From: Acidobacteriota bacterium
GTDB taxonomy: Bacteria; Acidobacteriota; Aminicenantia; Aminicenantales; Saccharicenantaceae
Assembly: GCA_033549365.1 (NCBI GenBank)
Contig: JAWSUF010000007.1
Span: forward strand, 19,154-83,153
Reading direction: 5' to 3'
DNA: 64,000 bases
In this document: positions 24,484 to 33,891 of the stretch, in pieces
Position numbering within the stretch: the first letter of the stretch is position 1
Layout: each line of letters opens with the position of its first letter
Translations under genes and position numbers: made by a program
The notes under the pieces: generated by a model
What the model was told of the DNA's origin: nothing
The model's database searches: none
What the model saw: the letters and a program-made list of their open reading frames with translations, nothing else

Positions 24484-27222
24484 ATGATACAAGCAGATAA
24501 GAGTCCCGGAATGATCGGCCGCAGTATTCTTCATTATCATGTCGTCGAGAAGATCGGCGAGGGAGGGATGGGCGTGGTCTTCAAGGCCGTCGACACCCAT
24601 CTCGACCGGCCGGTCGCCTTGAAAATCCTTCCCGAGGAAAAGGTCGCCGATCCCGACCGCAGACGGCGGTTCATCCAGGAGGCCAAGTCCGCCTCCGCCC
24701 TTCGCCACCCCAACATCGTCGTCATCCACGACATCGCCTCCGAAGACGGACGCGAGGTCATGGTCATGGAATACGTTGAGGGGCGATCCCTCGACCAACT
24801 GATCGGCCGCAAGGGACTCCGGCTCAACGAGGCTCTCGGTTATGCCGTCCAGATCGCCGACGGCCTGACCAGGGCCCATGCCGCGGGCATTGTCCACCGC
24901 GATCTCAAGCCGGCCAACATCATGGTTACGGGCGAAGGTCAAGTGAAGATCCTGGATTTCGGACTGGCCAAGCTCACCGAAAGCCTTCCGGATTCGGCCG
25001 CCGGATCGACCCTGACCCTCGACAACGAGAACAAGCCGCGCACCGAGGGGGGTTATATTCTCGGCACGGCGGCCTATATGTCCCCCGAACAGGCCGAGGG
25101 AAAGGCCGTCGACGCCCGGTCCGACATCTTTTCCTTCGGGGCCGTCCTCTACGAAATGCTGACGGGACACAAGGCCTTCGCCCGGGCCGGATCGCTCAAG
25201 ACCCTGGCCGCCGTTCTCAACGAAGAGCCCAAATCCGCCTCGGCCCTGAACGAATCCGTACCCGCCGAACTCGAGCGCCTCCTGGCGCGCTGCCTGCGCA
25301 AGGATCCCCAGCGACGCTGGCAGACGATGTCGGATCTCAAGATCGCCCTCCAGGATCTCAAGGAAGATTCGGAGTCGGGCCGGCTCCTGGCCGCGGTTCC
25401 TTCAAGCCGGAAGAAAAGAACGCTTTGGGCGCCCGCCGCCGCGGCATTCCTTGCCGTCGCCGGCTTAGCCCTGGTTCTGCGTTTCGTCTTGATCAAACCC
25501 GCCGGACCGGTCGAATACGAGATCACGCCCTTAACCTACGAGTCGGGGCTGACCGCGCAGCCGTCTCTTCCCCTCGAAGGAAACCTGATGGCCTTCAGCT
25601 CGGACCACGGGGGCGGCCGCAACTTCGATATTTGGGTCCGGCAATTGTCCGGAGGAACTCCGCTGCAATTGACGGACCATCCGGCCGACGACTGGCTGCC
25701 GTCATTCTCACCTGACGGCCGGTCCGTCGCCTTCCGCTCGGAGCGCGACGGCGGCGGGATCTACATCGTCGACGCCCTGGGAGGAGAATCCCGGCGCATC
25801 GCGGACCGGGGCTTCGCCCCGAAATTTTCGCCCGACGGCCGATTCATCGCCTATATCGTGCTGCCGCCTTCGCTGGATTCCCGTCTCGCGAAAACGTATC
25901 TCGTATCGCCGAGGGGCGGTGAGCCTCGACTGTTGTGCCCGGATTTCTCGCCCGGATGGATCATTCAGGGCGCCGCGCCGGTGTGGTCGCCCGACGGCCG
26001 GCACGTGATGTTCCGGGGACGGCGGCTCGACGGGGATCGCGCTTCCGATTTCTGGGCGGTCCTGGTGGACGGCGGGGAACCCGTCCGGACCCGGGCCTAT
26101 GAGACCCTTTCTCTCTCGCCGATGGTCTGTTATCCCATCGGTTGGGCGGGAAACGACATCTATTATGTTTCCGGAACGACGATCGATGGCGTGAACATCT
26201 TTCGCGCACGGATCGATCCCAAAACGCTGGCGATCCGGGGCCCGGCCGAAGCGGTCACGACGGGACTGGGGATGAAGATCTTTGCGGCGGTGCTTCCCGA
26301 CGGACGGATTATCTTCACCAACATGACGGCGTCCATCACGACCTGGAGCCTCCCGGCCCGAACCGTGGACGCCGTTGTCACGGGAAGCCCCAGCCGTCTG
26401 ACCGAAGACCTCATGCAGAAATTCTCGCCGTCCATCGCCCGCGACGGATCGAAAGCCGCATTTATCGCTTTCGGGGGAATTCATGACAACAGACGCGAGG
26501 TGCGGGTCAAGGACCTGAGAACCGGTCAGGAGACGGCCATCCCGATTCAGGGAAGCATCCTTACCGGAACGGTCCTGAGTCCGGACGGAACACACCTCGC
26601 TTATCGGGATGCCGTCGACGGCAGGATGAAGACTTATCTGCTCCAGCCGGGGAGCTCGGCGGGACGCGAGGTCTGCGAGAATGGCCTTTTGATCGGTTTT
26701 TTCCCGGACAATGATTCCGCGTTGGTTCGGATCAAGCCCGGCCGGCTTGATAAAATGGACCTCGGGACGGGAGGAATGACTCCGCTCGTCGCTTTCGAGG
26801 AACGGTTCCTCGACGCCGAACTTTCCCCCGACGGAAAGTGGCTGGCCTGGCTCGGCGGCCTCGCTGACGGCCGGGTCGCGCTTCGCGTCTATCCCGTCGA
26901 CGGTCCGCCCGGTGACTCGCGTGTTATGGTCGAACTTGCGGAGGCCGACCATTATCTCGGTTCGCCCGCCTGGTCACCCGACGGAAAGCGGCTCTATTAT
27001 CTCTCGGAAAAATCGTCCCGGACTTCAATCGTCGCCCTCGAGCTCGACCCCCGGACGATGAGGCCCGCCGGACCCGAGCGCGAAATCTACGTCTCGGCTG
27101 AGTCCCGCAATATGCTGAATTTCCCGAAGGGCAACGGAAATATCGCCGTCGCCGCCGACAGGATCATCTTCACGGTCTCCGAATGCCGTGGAAACATCTA
27201 CCTGGCCACCCCTAAAAATTAA
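24484..27222 (+). CDS. Ser/Thr protein kinase with a TM segment and C-terminal TolB-like/WD40-like beta-propeller repeats
   Basis: Kinase motifs seen: GEGGMGVVFKA, HRDLKPANIM, DFGLAK and YMSPEQ. The C-terminus has repeated S/FSPDG(R/K) propeller motifs. Confidence 0.9.
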   Translation: MIQADKSPGMIGRSILHYHVVEKIGEGGMGVVFKAVDTHLDRPVALKILPEEKVADPDRRRRFIQEAKSASALRHPNIVVIHDIASEDGREVMVMEYVEGRSLDQLIGRKGLRLNEALGYAVQIADGLTRAHAAGIVHRDLKPANIMVTGEGQVKILDFGLAKLTESLPDSAAGSTLTLDNENKPRTEGGYILGTAAYMSPEQAEGKAVDARSDIFSFGAVLYEMLTGHKAFARAGSLKTLAAVLNEEPKSASALNESVPAELERLLARCLRKDPQRRWQTMSDLKIALQDLKEDSESGRLLAAVPSSRKKRTLWAPAAAAFLAVAGLALVLRFVLIKPAGPVEYEITPLTYESGLTAQPSLPLEGNLMAFSSDHGGGRNFDIWVRQLSGGTPLQLTDHPADDWLPSFSPDGRSVAFRSERDGGGIYIVDALGGESRRIADRGFAPKFSPDGRFIAYIVLPPSLDSRLAKTYLVSPRGGEPRLLCPDFSPGWIIQGAAPVWSPDGRHVMFRGRRLDGDRASDFWAVLVDGGEPVRTRAYETLSLSPMVCYPIGWAGNDIYYVSGTTIDGVNIFRARIDPKTLAIRGPAEAVTTGLGMKIFAAVLPDGRIIFTNMTASITTWSLPARTVDAVVTGSPSRLTEDLMQKFSPSIARDGSKAAFIAFGGIHDNRREVRVKDLRTGQETAIPIQGSILTGTVLSPDGTHLAYRDAVDGRMKTYLLQPGSSAGREVCENGLLIGFFPDNDSALVRIKPGRLDKMDLGTGGMTPLVAFEERFLDAELSPDGKWLAWLGGLADGRVALRVYPVDGPPGDSRVMVELAEADHYLGSPAWSPDGKRLYYLSEKSSRTSIVALELDPRTMRPAGPEREIYVSAESRNMLNFPKGNGNIAVAADRIIFTVSECRGNIYLATPKN

Positions 27223-27226
27223 GGAC

Positions 27227-28300
27227 ATGATCGAGTACGGCTGGGATGAAGAGTGGGCGGCGGAGTTCGCGTCGCGCTCAGCCCCGGGCTGCGTTCCGGG
27301 CCGGGTCGTCAAACAGGCCCGGGACCGCTCGACGCTCATCACCCCGCACGGAGAAGCGGCGGCCGAAGTCTCCGGGCGTTTCCGGCACGAAGCGGCGGGC
27401 CCGGCCGATTTCCCGGTCGTCGGCGATTGGGCGGTCGTCGAGCCGGGTGACGGCGGGACGGCCCTCATCCACGCCCTTCTCCCCCGGCGGAGCGCCTTCG
27501 CCCGAAAGGCCGCCGGAGAGACCGTCGAGGCCCAGGTCGCGGCGGCCAACATCGACACCGTCTTCCTCGTCAGCGGGCTCGACGGCGATTTCAACCTCCG
27601 CCGCATCGAGCGCTATCTGGCCGCGGCCCTGGAGAGCGGCGCCGCCCCGGTCCTCGTTCTCAACAAGGCGGATCTCCGGCCGAATCTCGACGAGATCGTC
27701 GACGAAGTCCGGGCGGTTGCGCCGGGCCTGCCGATCGTCGCCGCAAGCGCCCTCGACGACGACGGGCTTTCCGGGCTCGCTTCTTTTCTCGTCCCCCGGA
27801 CGACGATCGCCCTGCTGGGTTCGTCCGGCGTGGGCAAGTCGACAATCATCAATTGCTTGCTCGGCGAGGAGCATTTCCGGACATCCCCCATGAGCGACGC
27901 CGCCGCGGGTCGGGGCCGGCACACGACGACGTCGCGCGAGCTGGTCCGGCTTCCCGGCGGGGCGCTGCTCGTCGATACGCCCGGGATGCGCGAGCTTCAG
28001 CTCTGGACCGGCGAGGAAGGCCTCGACAGGGCCTTCGGCGACATCGAGGCGCTCGCCGCCCGATGCCGTTTTCCCGACTGCCGCCACGAGGCCGAGCCGG
28101 ACTGCGCCGTGCGGGATGCGGCCGGCCGGGGGCTGCTCGATCCCCGGCGGCTCGAAAGCTTCCTGAAGCTTCGCCGCGAGATCCGTTTCCTAGAGCTGAA
28201 GAAAGACGACAAGGCGCGCCGCCGGCAGGAGAAGGCGGAGGGACGGAGCTTCGCCGTCCGCCTCAAGGAAGTGAAGAGGAACAAGCCCCGCTACAAATGA
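27227..28300 (+). CDS. rsgA: Ribosome small-subunit-dependent GTPase A
   Basis: Motifs seen: VLNKADL, GSSGVGKSTIIN, and the zinc knuckle CRFPDCRHEAEPDCAV. I chose the start MIEYGW, immediately after the kinase stop. Confidence 0.9.
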   Translation: MIEYGWDEEWAAEFASRSAPGCVPGRVVKQARDRSTLITPHGEAAAEVSGRFRHEAAGPADFPVVGDWAVVEPGDGGTALIHALLPRRSAFARKAAGETVEAQVAAANIDTVFLVSGLDGDFNLRRIERYLAAALESGAAPVLVLNKADLRPNLDEIVDEVRAVAPGLPIVAASALDDDGLSGLASFLVPRTTIALLGSSGVGKSTIINCLLGEEHFRTSPMSDAAAGRGRHTTTSRELVRLPGGALLVDTPGMRELQLWTGEEGLDRAFGDIEALAARCRFPDCRHEAEPDCAVRDAAGRGLLDPRRLESFLKLRREIRFLELKKDDKARRRQEKAEGRSFAVRLKEVKRNKPRYK

Positions 28301-28325
28301 CCGGGCGGCCCCTGCTGGGCCCTTT

Positions 28326-28439
28326 TGCTTTGGCTGCTGCAAGTTACTGATAATGAATAACATATCAAAAAAAGTCCGAAAAAACAGGGCAAAAAACGCT
28401 TATATTATTCAATATCAACAATATCCAGCAGCCAAAGCA
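28326..28439. repeat. MITE-like element with 14-bp perfect terminal inverted repeats (related or second family, copy F)
   Basis: TGCTTTGGCTGCTG (28326-28339) pairs with CAGCAGCCAAAGCA (28426-28439), flanking an AT-rich interior. The motif CAAAAAACGCTT resembles the family core. It sits between convergent genes. Confidence 0.55.
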
Positions 28440-28482
28440 GGATCGAACGTAGTTGTAAAGTATGATTTAGGCGGACAAAAAA

Positions 28483-29463
28483 TTAGCGGCCGGCAACCGG
28501 GAGGACGATGACGAGGGGGCGCTCGATGCCGTCCTCCCAGGCCAGAAGCCCCAGGGCGTCGACGATGAGGAAGATCCCTTCCCGGAAGAGCACAGGGCCG
28601 GTTGTCGAGCGCGGCGGTCTCTTGAAAACATCCGAAGGTTCGACAAGCAGGCCCTGAATGTCCCGGAAGGCCACCTCGAGCCAACCGATCCCGGCCTTGT
28701 CGGCCGAGGCTTTAAAGCTTGCCAGCGCCTCCGGATTGTCCCGCCTCCAGGCCTCGTGGGCCATGTTCAGGAGGCCGGCCAGGTCGTCGTCCCTTCCGGA
28801 AAAGCGCACATCGGGAACAGCCGAGGCCCTGGCGTGGACGACACCGGAGTAATCGCGCGGAAGATGGCGCCGGAACTCTTCGACATTCAGGCGGAGGGTT
28901 CCATTCCTGATGTTGATCAGGGCTTGCGGATCTCCCTTCCGGGCCAAGTCCGTGAAGGCCAGCGCGCCGACGATGTCCATGAAGGTGCGAACGGGCGCGA
29001 AGGCCGGGGTCATCGGGCCGCGTGGCGCCATGGGCGGCTGGGCGCGCGGCGGCATGGCGTGGGGCACGGGCCGGGGAACGCGCGAGGCGCCGGGACGCGT
29101 GATGCCGGGCATTCTCTTGCCGGCCTCGATGAGGGCCTCGAAGGATTTCGGGTCGCCGCCGCGCACGGCCTTTTCGGCGAGGTCCATGAGGGGTGAGCGA
29201 TGCGGCGCAGCCGGGTTGGAAAGGCGGGCGCCGTCAATCAGGACGATGCCGACCTGGTCGAAGTTGGGGAGGCTTTGGGCACGGATCTGAAGGATGGGTT
29301 GGCGGCCCTCATAGACGACAATCATATCCCCGACGAGATCCAGTTTCAGAATCCGGGATTGATCGGAACCGCCCCCCATCTGGGCCCGGACCGGCGCGGG
29401 GACCACGATCGAGACCGCCAGCGCAAGGAAAGCCGCCGCAATGATCAACGGATTATGTCTCAC
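28483..29463 (-). CDS. Secreted hypothetical protein
   Basis: The signal peptide is MRHNPLIIAAAFLALAVSIVVPAPVRAQ. It contains a Pro/Ala/Arg-rich central region. Confidence 0.55.
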   Translation of the reverse strand: MRHNPLIIAAAFLALAVSIVVPAPVRAQMGGGSDQSRILKLDLVGDMIVVYEGRQPILQIRAQSLPNFDQVGIVLIDGARLSNPAAPHRSPLMDLAEKAVRGGDPKSFEALIEAGKRMPGITRPGASRVPRPVPHAMPPRAQPPMAPRGPMTPAFAPVRTFMDIVGALAFTDLARKGDPQALINIRNGTLRLNVEEFRRHLPRDYSGVVHARASAVPDVRFSGRDDDLAGLLNMAHEAWRRDNPEALASFKASADKAGIGWLEVAFRDIQGLLVEPSDVFKRPPRSTTGPVLFREGIFLIVDALGLLAWEDGIERPLVIVLPVAGR

Positions 29464-29602
29464 CCTCGATCTCCTTCCAAAGCGAAACGCTCGCCTTCAA
29501 GAGTCTTTGTCAACATGGTAGGAAATTGTGCGCCAAAAAACAAGGCTCGGTCCAAAACGGCGTTTTTATGAATTATTGCGGTTCCGAGCGAAATTGTCCG
29601 GC

Positions 29603-29896
29603 TTAGGGCTTGACGGCGACATCGTACCCTTCGCGGATGGGCGGCGCCGTATAGAAAGGCAGAAACTTGACGAGCTGCTCCTGATAATAGCGGTTTTGCT
29701 CATTGGCCGCGGCCGCGGCTCGATCCTTCCAGAGCGTCATGGCGACGCACCGGCCGGCTTCTCGATCGACAAGCAGGTAAATGGCCTGAAAGCCCTCCTG
29801 GGCCCGGGCGGCCGGGACGACGCTCTTTTTGAAGAGATTGACGCCCTCTTCGAACTTATCGTTGCGGAAAGACAGTGTCGTCAGGCGTGCAAACAT
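29603..29896 (-). CDS. ABM (antibiotic-biosynthesis-monooxygenase/Dabb-fold) domain protein, about 97 aa
   Basis: Only the 3' end of the track ORF 29603..30859 looks real. MFARLTTLSFRNDKFEEGVNLFKKSVVPAARAQEGFQAIYLLVDREAGRCVAMTLWKD has the ABM pattern. The rest of that ORF is antisense to the K+ channel gene. Confidence 0.6.
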   Translation of the reverse strand: MFARLTTLSFRNDKFEEGVNLFKKSVVPAARAQEGFQAIYLLVDREAGRCVAMTLWKDRAAAAANEQNRYYQEQLVKFLPFYTAPPIREGYDVAVKP

Positions 29897-29995
29897 GTTC
29901 GTTCCCCTTTGAGTTCTGAGGATACAATAAGCCGCCGGACGCCCGTTGTCAAGACGCATGCGGAAAAGCAAGATGACGGATTGCCACACCATTGG

Positions 29996-30820
29996 ATGTT
30001 TGATAACATAGTCAAAAACATGCGTCCGCAACTTGCCAAAGCCAGGCGACAACTGTACGAAATCATTTTCGAGACGCGAACGCGGGCGGGGCGGCGGTTC
30101 GATCTCGTTCTGCTGTGGCTCATCACCACAAGCATCCTGGTCGTCATCCTGGACAGCGTTCCCGAGATCCATGACATGGCCGCCCGGCCGCTTCTGGCCG
30201 TCGAATGGTTCTTCACGATCGCATTCACCGTCGAATACCTGCTGAGAATCTGGAGCAGTTCGAAGCCCCTGAAATACATTTTCAGCGGATGGGGGCTCAT
30301 CGATTTCATCGCCATTTTTCCGACGTATTTCAGCTTGATATTCCCCGGCTCCCAGTCCTTCATGGTCGTCCGGGCGCTTAGACTGTTCCGCGTGTTCCGC
30401 ATCCTTAAGTTGAACCGCCACGTCGCGGCGGCGCGGAGGCTGACGGCGGCCCTGAGGGCGAGCGTCTACAAGATCAGCGCCTTCCTGTTCGCCATGCTGG
30501 CCCTCGTCGTCATCATGGGGTCTATTATGTATCTCGTCGAGGGCGACGAAAACGGCTTCTCGAGCATCCCGCAGGGCATCTACTGGGCCGTGATCACCGT
30601 GACAACCGTCGGCTACGGCGACCTCGTCCCGCAGACCGTGCTCGGCAAATTCATATCGTCCTTCATCATGATCATCGGCTACTCCATCATCGCCGTCCCC
30701 ACCGGGATCTTCACCGCGGAGATGATCCGGTCGAACGGCGCCCGGAAGGCCTGCGCGGAATGCCGTCACAAGAACGAGCTTTCGGCCCGTTTCTGCAGCC
30801 ACTGCGGCCATGCTTTCTAA
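29996..30820 (+). CDS. Voltage-gated-type K+ channel (ion transport protein) with a C-terminal zinc-ribbon tail
   Basis: The selectivity filter TTVGYGD is present. An S4-like segment, VVRALRLFRVFRILKLNRH, is present. The C-terminus is CAECRHKNELSARFCSHCGHAF. The start could equally be 30020. Confidence 0.85.
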   Translation: MFDNIVKNMRPQLAKARRQLYEIIFETRTRAGRRFDLVLLWLITTSILVVILDSVPEIHDMAARPLLAVEWFFTIAFTVEYLLRIWSSSKPLKYIFSGWGLIDFIAIFPTYFSLIFPGSQSFMVVRALRLFRVFRILKLNRHVAAARRLTAALRASVYKISAFLFAMLALVVIMGSIMYLVEGDENGFSSIPQGIYWAVITVTTVGYGDLVPQTVLGKFISSFIMIIGYSIIAVPTGIFTAEMIRSNGARKACAECRHKNELSARFCSHCGHAF

Positions 30821-30825
30821 TTCTC

Positions 30826-30865
30826 GTTGCTTGGCTTTGGAAATTCGAAGCCAAGCCATACAACC
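30826..30865 (+). repeat. Solo TIR hairpin of the intergenic repeat family (copy E); likely also a terminator for the K+ channel gene
   Basis: In GTTGCTTGGCTTTGGAAATTCGAAGCCAAGCCATACAAC, the perfect 9-bp stem is GCTTGGCTT (30829-30837) paired with AAGCCAAGC (30848-30856). It lies 6 nt after the stop codon. Confidence 0.6.
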
Positions 30866-30969
30866 AAACCCGGCATTGACAATCCCTGAACGGGGGATTT
30901 ATGCTGATCCGCAAGGGCAAGACACGATATGAAGGCGATCTTGCAGAATTTCCGGATCCGGGGGGAAGA

Positions 30970-31971
30970 ATGACATTCTTATCCGTGTCTCGATGGTTGA
31001 TCCTGTGTCTTGCCGCCGCCTTGGCGGGCATCGGCATCCTTTGCCTCGAAGCGGCCGGGCAGGCCGAAAGCCCCATTCAACTGAGCGGGAAAGCCATGGC
31101 GCACCTTCGCGCCCCGTCCGGAAACATGCCGGACGAGATCAACCGGGAGATTTCGAACGTGTTGCAGCGGTATTTCGGAGGGGTCGTCGCAGCGGTGATG
31201 GGGAGCGGAGCGGAAACCAAGTTCAATGCCGTGACCACCTATGGGTCCATGTTCGGTGCCCGGGACTCGCTGATGAACCGTCTGGAAATCGACAGCCGGG
31301 CGGAAATCCCCGGGGCGGGCGCCGGCGAAGAACTGGCCCGCCTGGAAGCCGCCGAAAAGAATCTCAAACGGACGATCAGCCTTGCGGAGCGTCGTTTCCT
31401 GCTGAACAAGGACGACTACGAGGACGACCTCGTGCTCATCGACGAAGTGATCGGGGCGCTGCGCGACATCCTAAAGAGGAGCGTGCCCTCCGGGACTGAA
31501 GTGCGGCCCCCGGTCGATAGGAAGCCGCCCGTGCAGAAGGTCGATCCGCCGGTCCGGCTGCGGCACGAGGAACAAGCGGAGACCGTGACTTTCGCTTCGC
31601 ATTCGCCGGCCCTGAAAGCTTTGCGGTTTTACGAAGCCGGAATGGAGGGCATCGCGGACGGATTCCGGGATTATCGCGCGACATTCCCCAAAGCGGCCAG
31701 CCGTTTGATCTGGTGGAAACTTCATTTCGAATACCCGGCTCCGGGACGCCGGATCGATTTTTCGGTCGAAGCCGTCTATACCGCTCCGGACGGCCGGGAA
31801 ATAATCAGAAAAACCCATGCGTACAATTTCCAGCCGGAATGGACGGGCTCCAAGCACGTCAGCGGGTTCGGGTACCGGGACCGGGGAGGCTGGCAGCCCG
31901 GAATCTATCGGGTCGAGCTGTTCGTCAACGGCACCAAAATCACCGAAGGCAAATTTTTTATTATTGAATAA
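30970..31971 (+). CDS. Secreted hypothetical protein
   Basis: The signal/TM segment is MTFLSVSRWLILCLAAALAGIGILCLEAAGQA. The coding-frame composition is consistent. Confidence 0.55.
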   Translation: MTFLSVSRWLILCLAAALAGIGILCLEAAGQAESPIQLSGKAMAHLRAPSGNMPDEINREISNVLQRYFGGVVAAVMGSGAETKFNAVTTYGSMFGARDSLMNRLEIDSRAEIPGAGAGEELARLEAAEKNLKRTISLAERRFLLNKDDYEDDLVLIDEVIGALRDILKRSVPSGTEVRPPVDRKPPVQKVDPPVRLRHEEQAETVTFASHSPALKALRFYEAGMEGIADGFRDYRATFPKAASRLIWWKLHFEYPAPGRRIDFSVEAVYTAPDGREIIRKTHAYNFQPEWTGSKHVSGFGYRDRGGWQPGIYRVELFVNGTKITEGKFFIIE

Positions 31972-32040
31972 AAAACATTACACATCTTTGGCGGGATCGA
32001 TTAAAATCTTGGGGAAACGCCGCGAGTGAAAGGAGCGCCC

Positions 32041-33795
32041 ATGTCCGTCCTTCATACCGTCGACTGGCTCATCATCCTGGGGTATTTCCTGATCATCATG
32101 GCCCTGGCCTGGCATGTCCTCCGCAAGAGGCAGGAGACGCCCACGGACTATTTTCTGGCCGGACGCCACCTCGGCTGGCTCATCGTCGGCGCCTCGATCT
32201 TCGCCTCCAACATCGGCTCCGAGCACCTGGTCGGCCTGGCCGGATCCGGCGCCACGGACGGCGTCGCCATGGCCCACTATGAACTCCACGCCTGGTGCCT
32301 CCTCGTCCTCGGCTGGGTCATGGTTCCTTTCTATATGAGGTCCAAGGTCTTCACCATGCCGGAATTTCTGGAAAAGCGGTTCTCCCCGGCCTCGCGGACC
32401 GTCCTTTCGCTGATTTCCCTGGTCGCCTACGTCCTGACCAAGATCGCCGTCGGGATCTTCGCCGGCGGGATCGTCTTCAGCGTCCTTCTTCCCGACATCA
32501 ACCTCTTCGGCCTCGACAGCTTCTGGGTCGGCTCCATCCTGGTCATCGTCTTCACCGGGATCTACACGATTCTGGGCGGGCTGCGCGCCGTCGCCTACAC
32601 CGAAGCCATGCAGACCCTCGTCCTGGTCCTGGGATCGGTCCTGGTCACGATCTTCGGACTCAAGGCCCTCGGCGGCTGGGGCGAACTGCGGGCCATCGCC
32701 GGGTCCGAAATGTTCAACCTGTGGAAGCCCCTCGTTCCGGCCGGCATCGAGGGCACCTGGGCGCCCGTCCGGGAAGCCGGACGCATGGCTTGGTATTTCA
32801 ACGACAACTATCCCTGGGTCGGCATGCTCTTCTGCGCGCCCATCATCGGACTGTGGTACTGGTGCACGGATCAATACATCGTGCAGCGCGCCCTCGGCGC
32901 CCCCAACGAGCGCGAAGCCCGCCGCGGCTCGATCGCCGCCGCCTTCCTCAAGCTCCTGCCCGTCTTCATCTTCATCATCCCCGGCATGATCGCCTACGCC
33001 CTGGCCAAGAGCGGACAGAGCCCGGTCATCCAGGAACAGCTCATCGGCCCCGGCGGCGAACTTCTCCGCACGGAAGCCCAGAAAGCGTTTCCGCTGCTCG
33101 TTGCGACCGTCCTGCCGATCGGTGTGCGCGGCATCGTCGTAGCCGGGCTTCTGGCCGCGCTCATGAGCTCGCTGGCCGGCGTCTTCAACGCCTCGTCCAC
33201 GCTGTTCACCATGGACTTCTATTCGCGGCTGCGGCCCAAAGTCTCCCAGGCCCGGCTCGTCTGGATGGGCCGCATCGCGACGACGGTCATGGTCCTCATC
33301 GGGCTTTTCTGGATCCCGGTCATCCGCGGCGGTCGCGGCCTCTACGACTATCTTCAGGGTGTCCAGGCTTATCTTGCGCCGCCGATCTTTGTCGTCTTTT
33401 TCCTCGGCGTCTTCTGGAAGCGCATGAACGCCAAGGGCTGCCTGTCCGCGCTCCTTACCGGATTCGTGCTGGGCCTCTTCCGTCTGGCCGTCGACACGCC
33501 CGTCAAGCTGACAGGCGGCTTTTCCTATGCGGAGGGCTCTTTTTTCTGGATCGTCAACAACATCTTCTTCCAGTATTACAGCCTGATCATTCTCCTGGTC
33601 TGCGTCGCCGTGGCCGTCGCCGTGAGCCTGGCCACCGCCCCGCCCGTCTACGACCGAATCAGCGGCCTGACCTACGGAACCGTCACCGAAGACCACCGCC
33701 GGGAAACCCGGAGCAGTTGGACGCGCGGGGACGTCTTCGCCTCCGCCCTGGTTCTGGCCCTCATCGTCGCCGCCTACCTGTACTTTACGGGGTAA
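32041..33795 (+). CDS. Sodium:solute symporter (SSS family, SGLT-like)
   Basis: The start MSVLHTVDWLIILGYF is preceded by AAAGGAG. Multi-TM pattern with GGLRAVAYTEAMQT and WYWCTDQYIVQRAL, typical of the SSS/SGLT family. Confidence 0.85.
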   Translation: MSVLHTVDWLIILGYFLIIMALAWHVLRKRQETPTDYFLAGRHLGWLIVGASIFASNIGSEHLVGLAGSGATDGVAMAHYELHAWCLLVLGWVMVPFYMRSKVFTMPEFLEKRFSPASRTVLSLISLVAYVLTKIAVGIFAGGIVFSVLLPDINLFGLDSFWVGSILVIVFTGIYTILGGLRAVAYTEAMQTLVLVLGSVLVTIFGLKALGGWGELRAIAGSEMFNLWKPLVPAGIEGTWAPVREAGRMAWYFNDNYPWVGMLFCAPIIGLWYWCTDQYIVQRALGAPNEREARRGSIAAAFLKLLPVFIFIIPGMIAYALAKSGQSPVIQEQLIGPGGELLRTEAQKAFPLLVATVLPIGVRGIVVAGLLAALMSSLAGVFNASSTLFTMDFYSRLRPKVSQARLVWMGRIATTVMVLIGLFWIPVIRGGRGLYDYLQGVQAYLAPPIFVVFFLGVFWKRMNAKGCLSALLTGFVLGLFRLAVDTPVKLTGGFSYAEGSFFWIVNNIFFQYYSLIILLVCVAVAVAVSLATAPPVYDRISGLTYGTVTEDHRRETRSSWTRGDVFASALVLALIVAAYLYFTG

Positions 33796-33798
33796 CGC

Positions 33799-33891
33799 AT
33801 GACGGGGGCTCTGTTCGGACTCGTCGTGATGCCGCTCGGCATCCTCATTCTGGCTTTCTGGCTGGCCTTCAAAGACCGGGATAAGAGATGA
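33799..33891 (+). CDS. Possible 30-aa single-TM micro-protein between the two symporter genes
   Basis: Manual ORF: MTGALFGLVVMPLGILILAFWLAFKDRDKR. Its stop forms an ATGA overlap with the start of the next symporter gene. Not in the track (too short). Confidence 0.35.
   Translation: MTGALFGLVVMPLGILILAFWLAFKDRDKR

Noticed and set aside
25708-26952. A 414-aa minus-strand ORF inside the kinase gene.
   Set aside because: It is antisense to the TolB-like propeller region of the Ser/Thr kinase and has an Arg/Gly/Pro-rich artefact composition.
29897-30859. The upstream 320 codons of the minus-strand ORF 29603..30859.
   Set aside because: It is antisense to the K+ channel gene (TTVGYGD) and has an Arg/Asp/Gly-rich composition. 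Only the last 97 codons look like a real ABM-fold protein.
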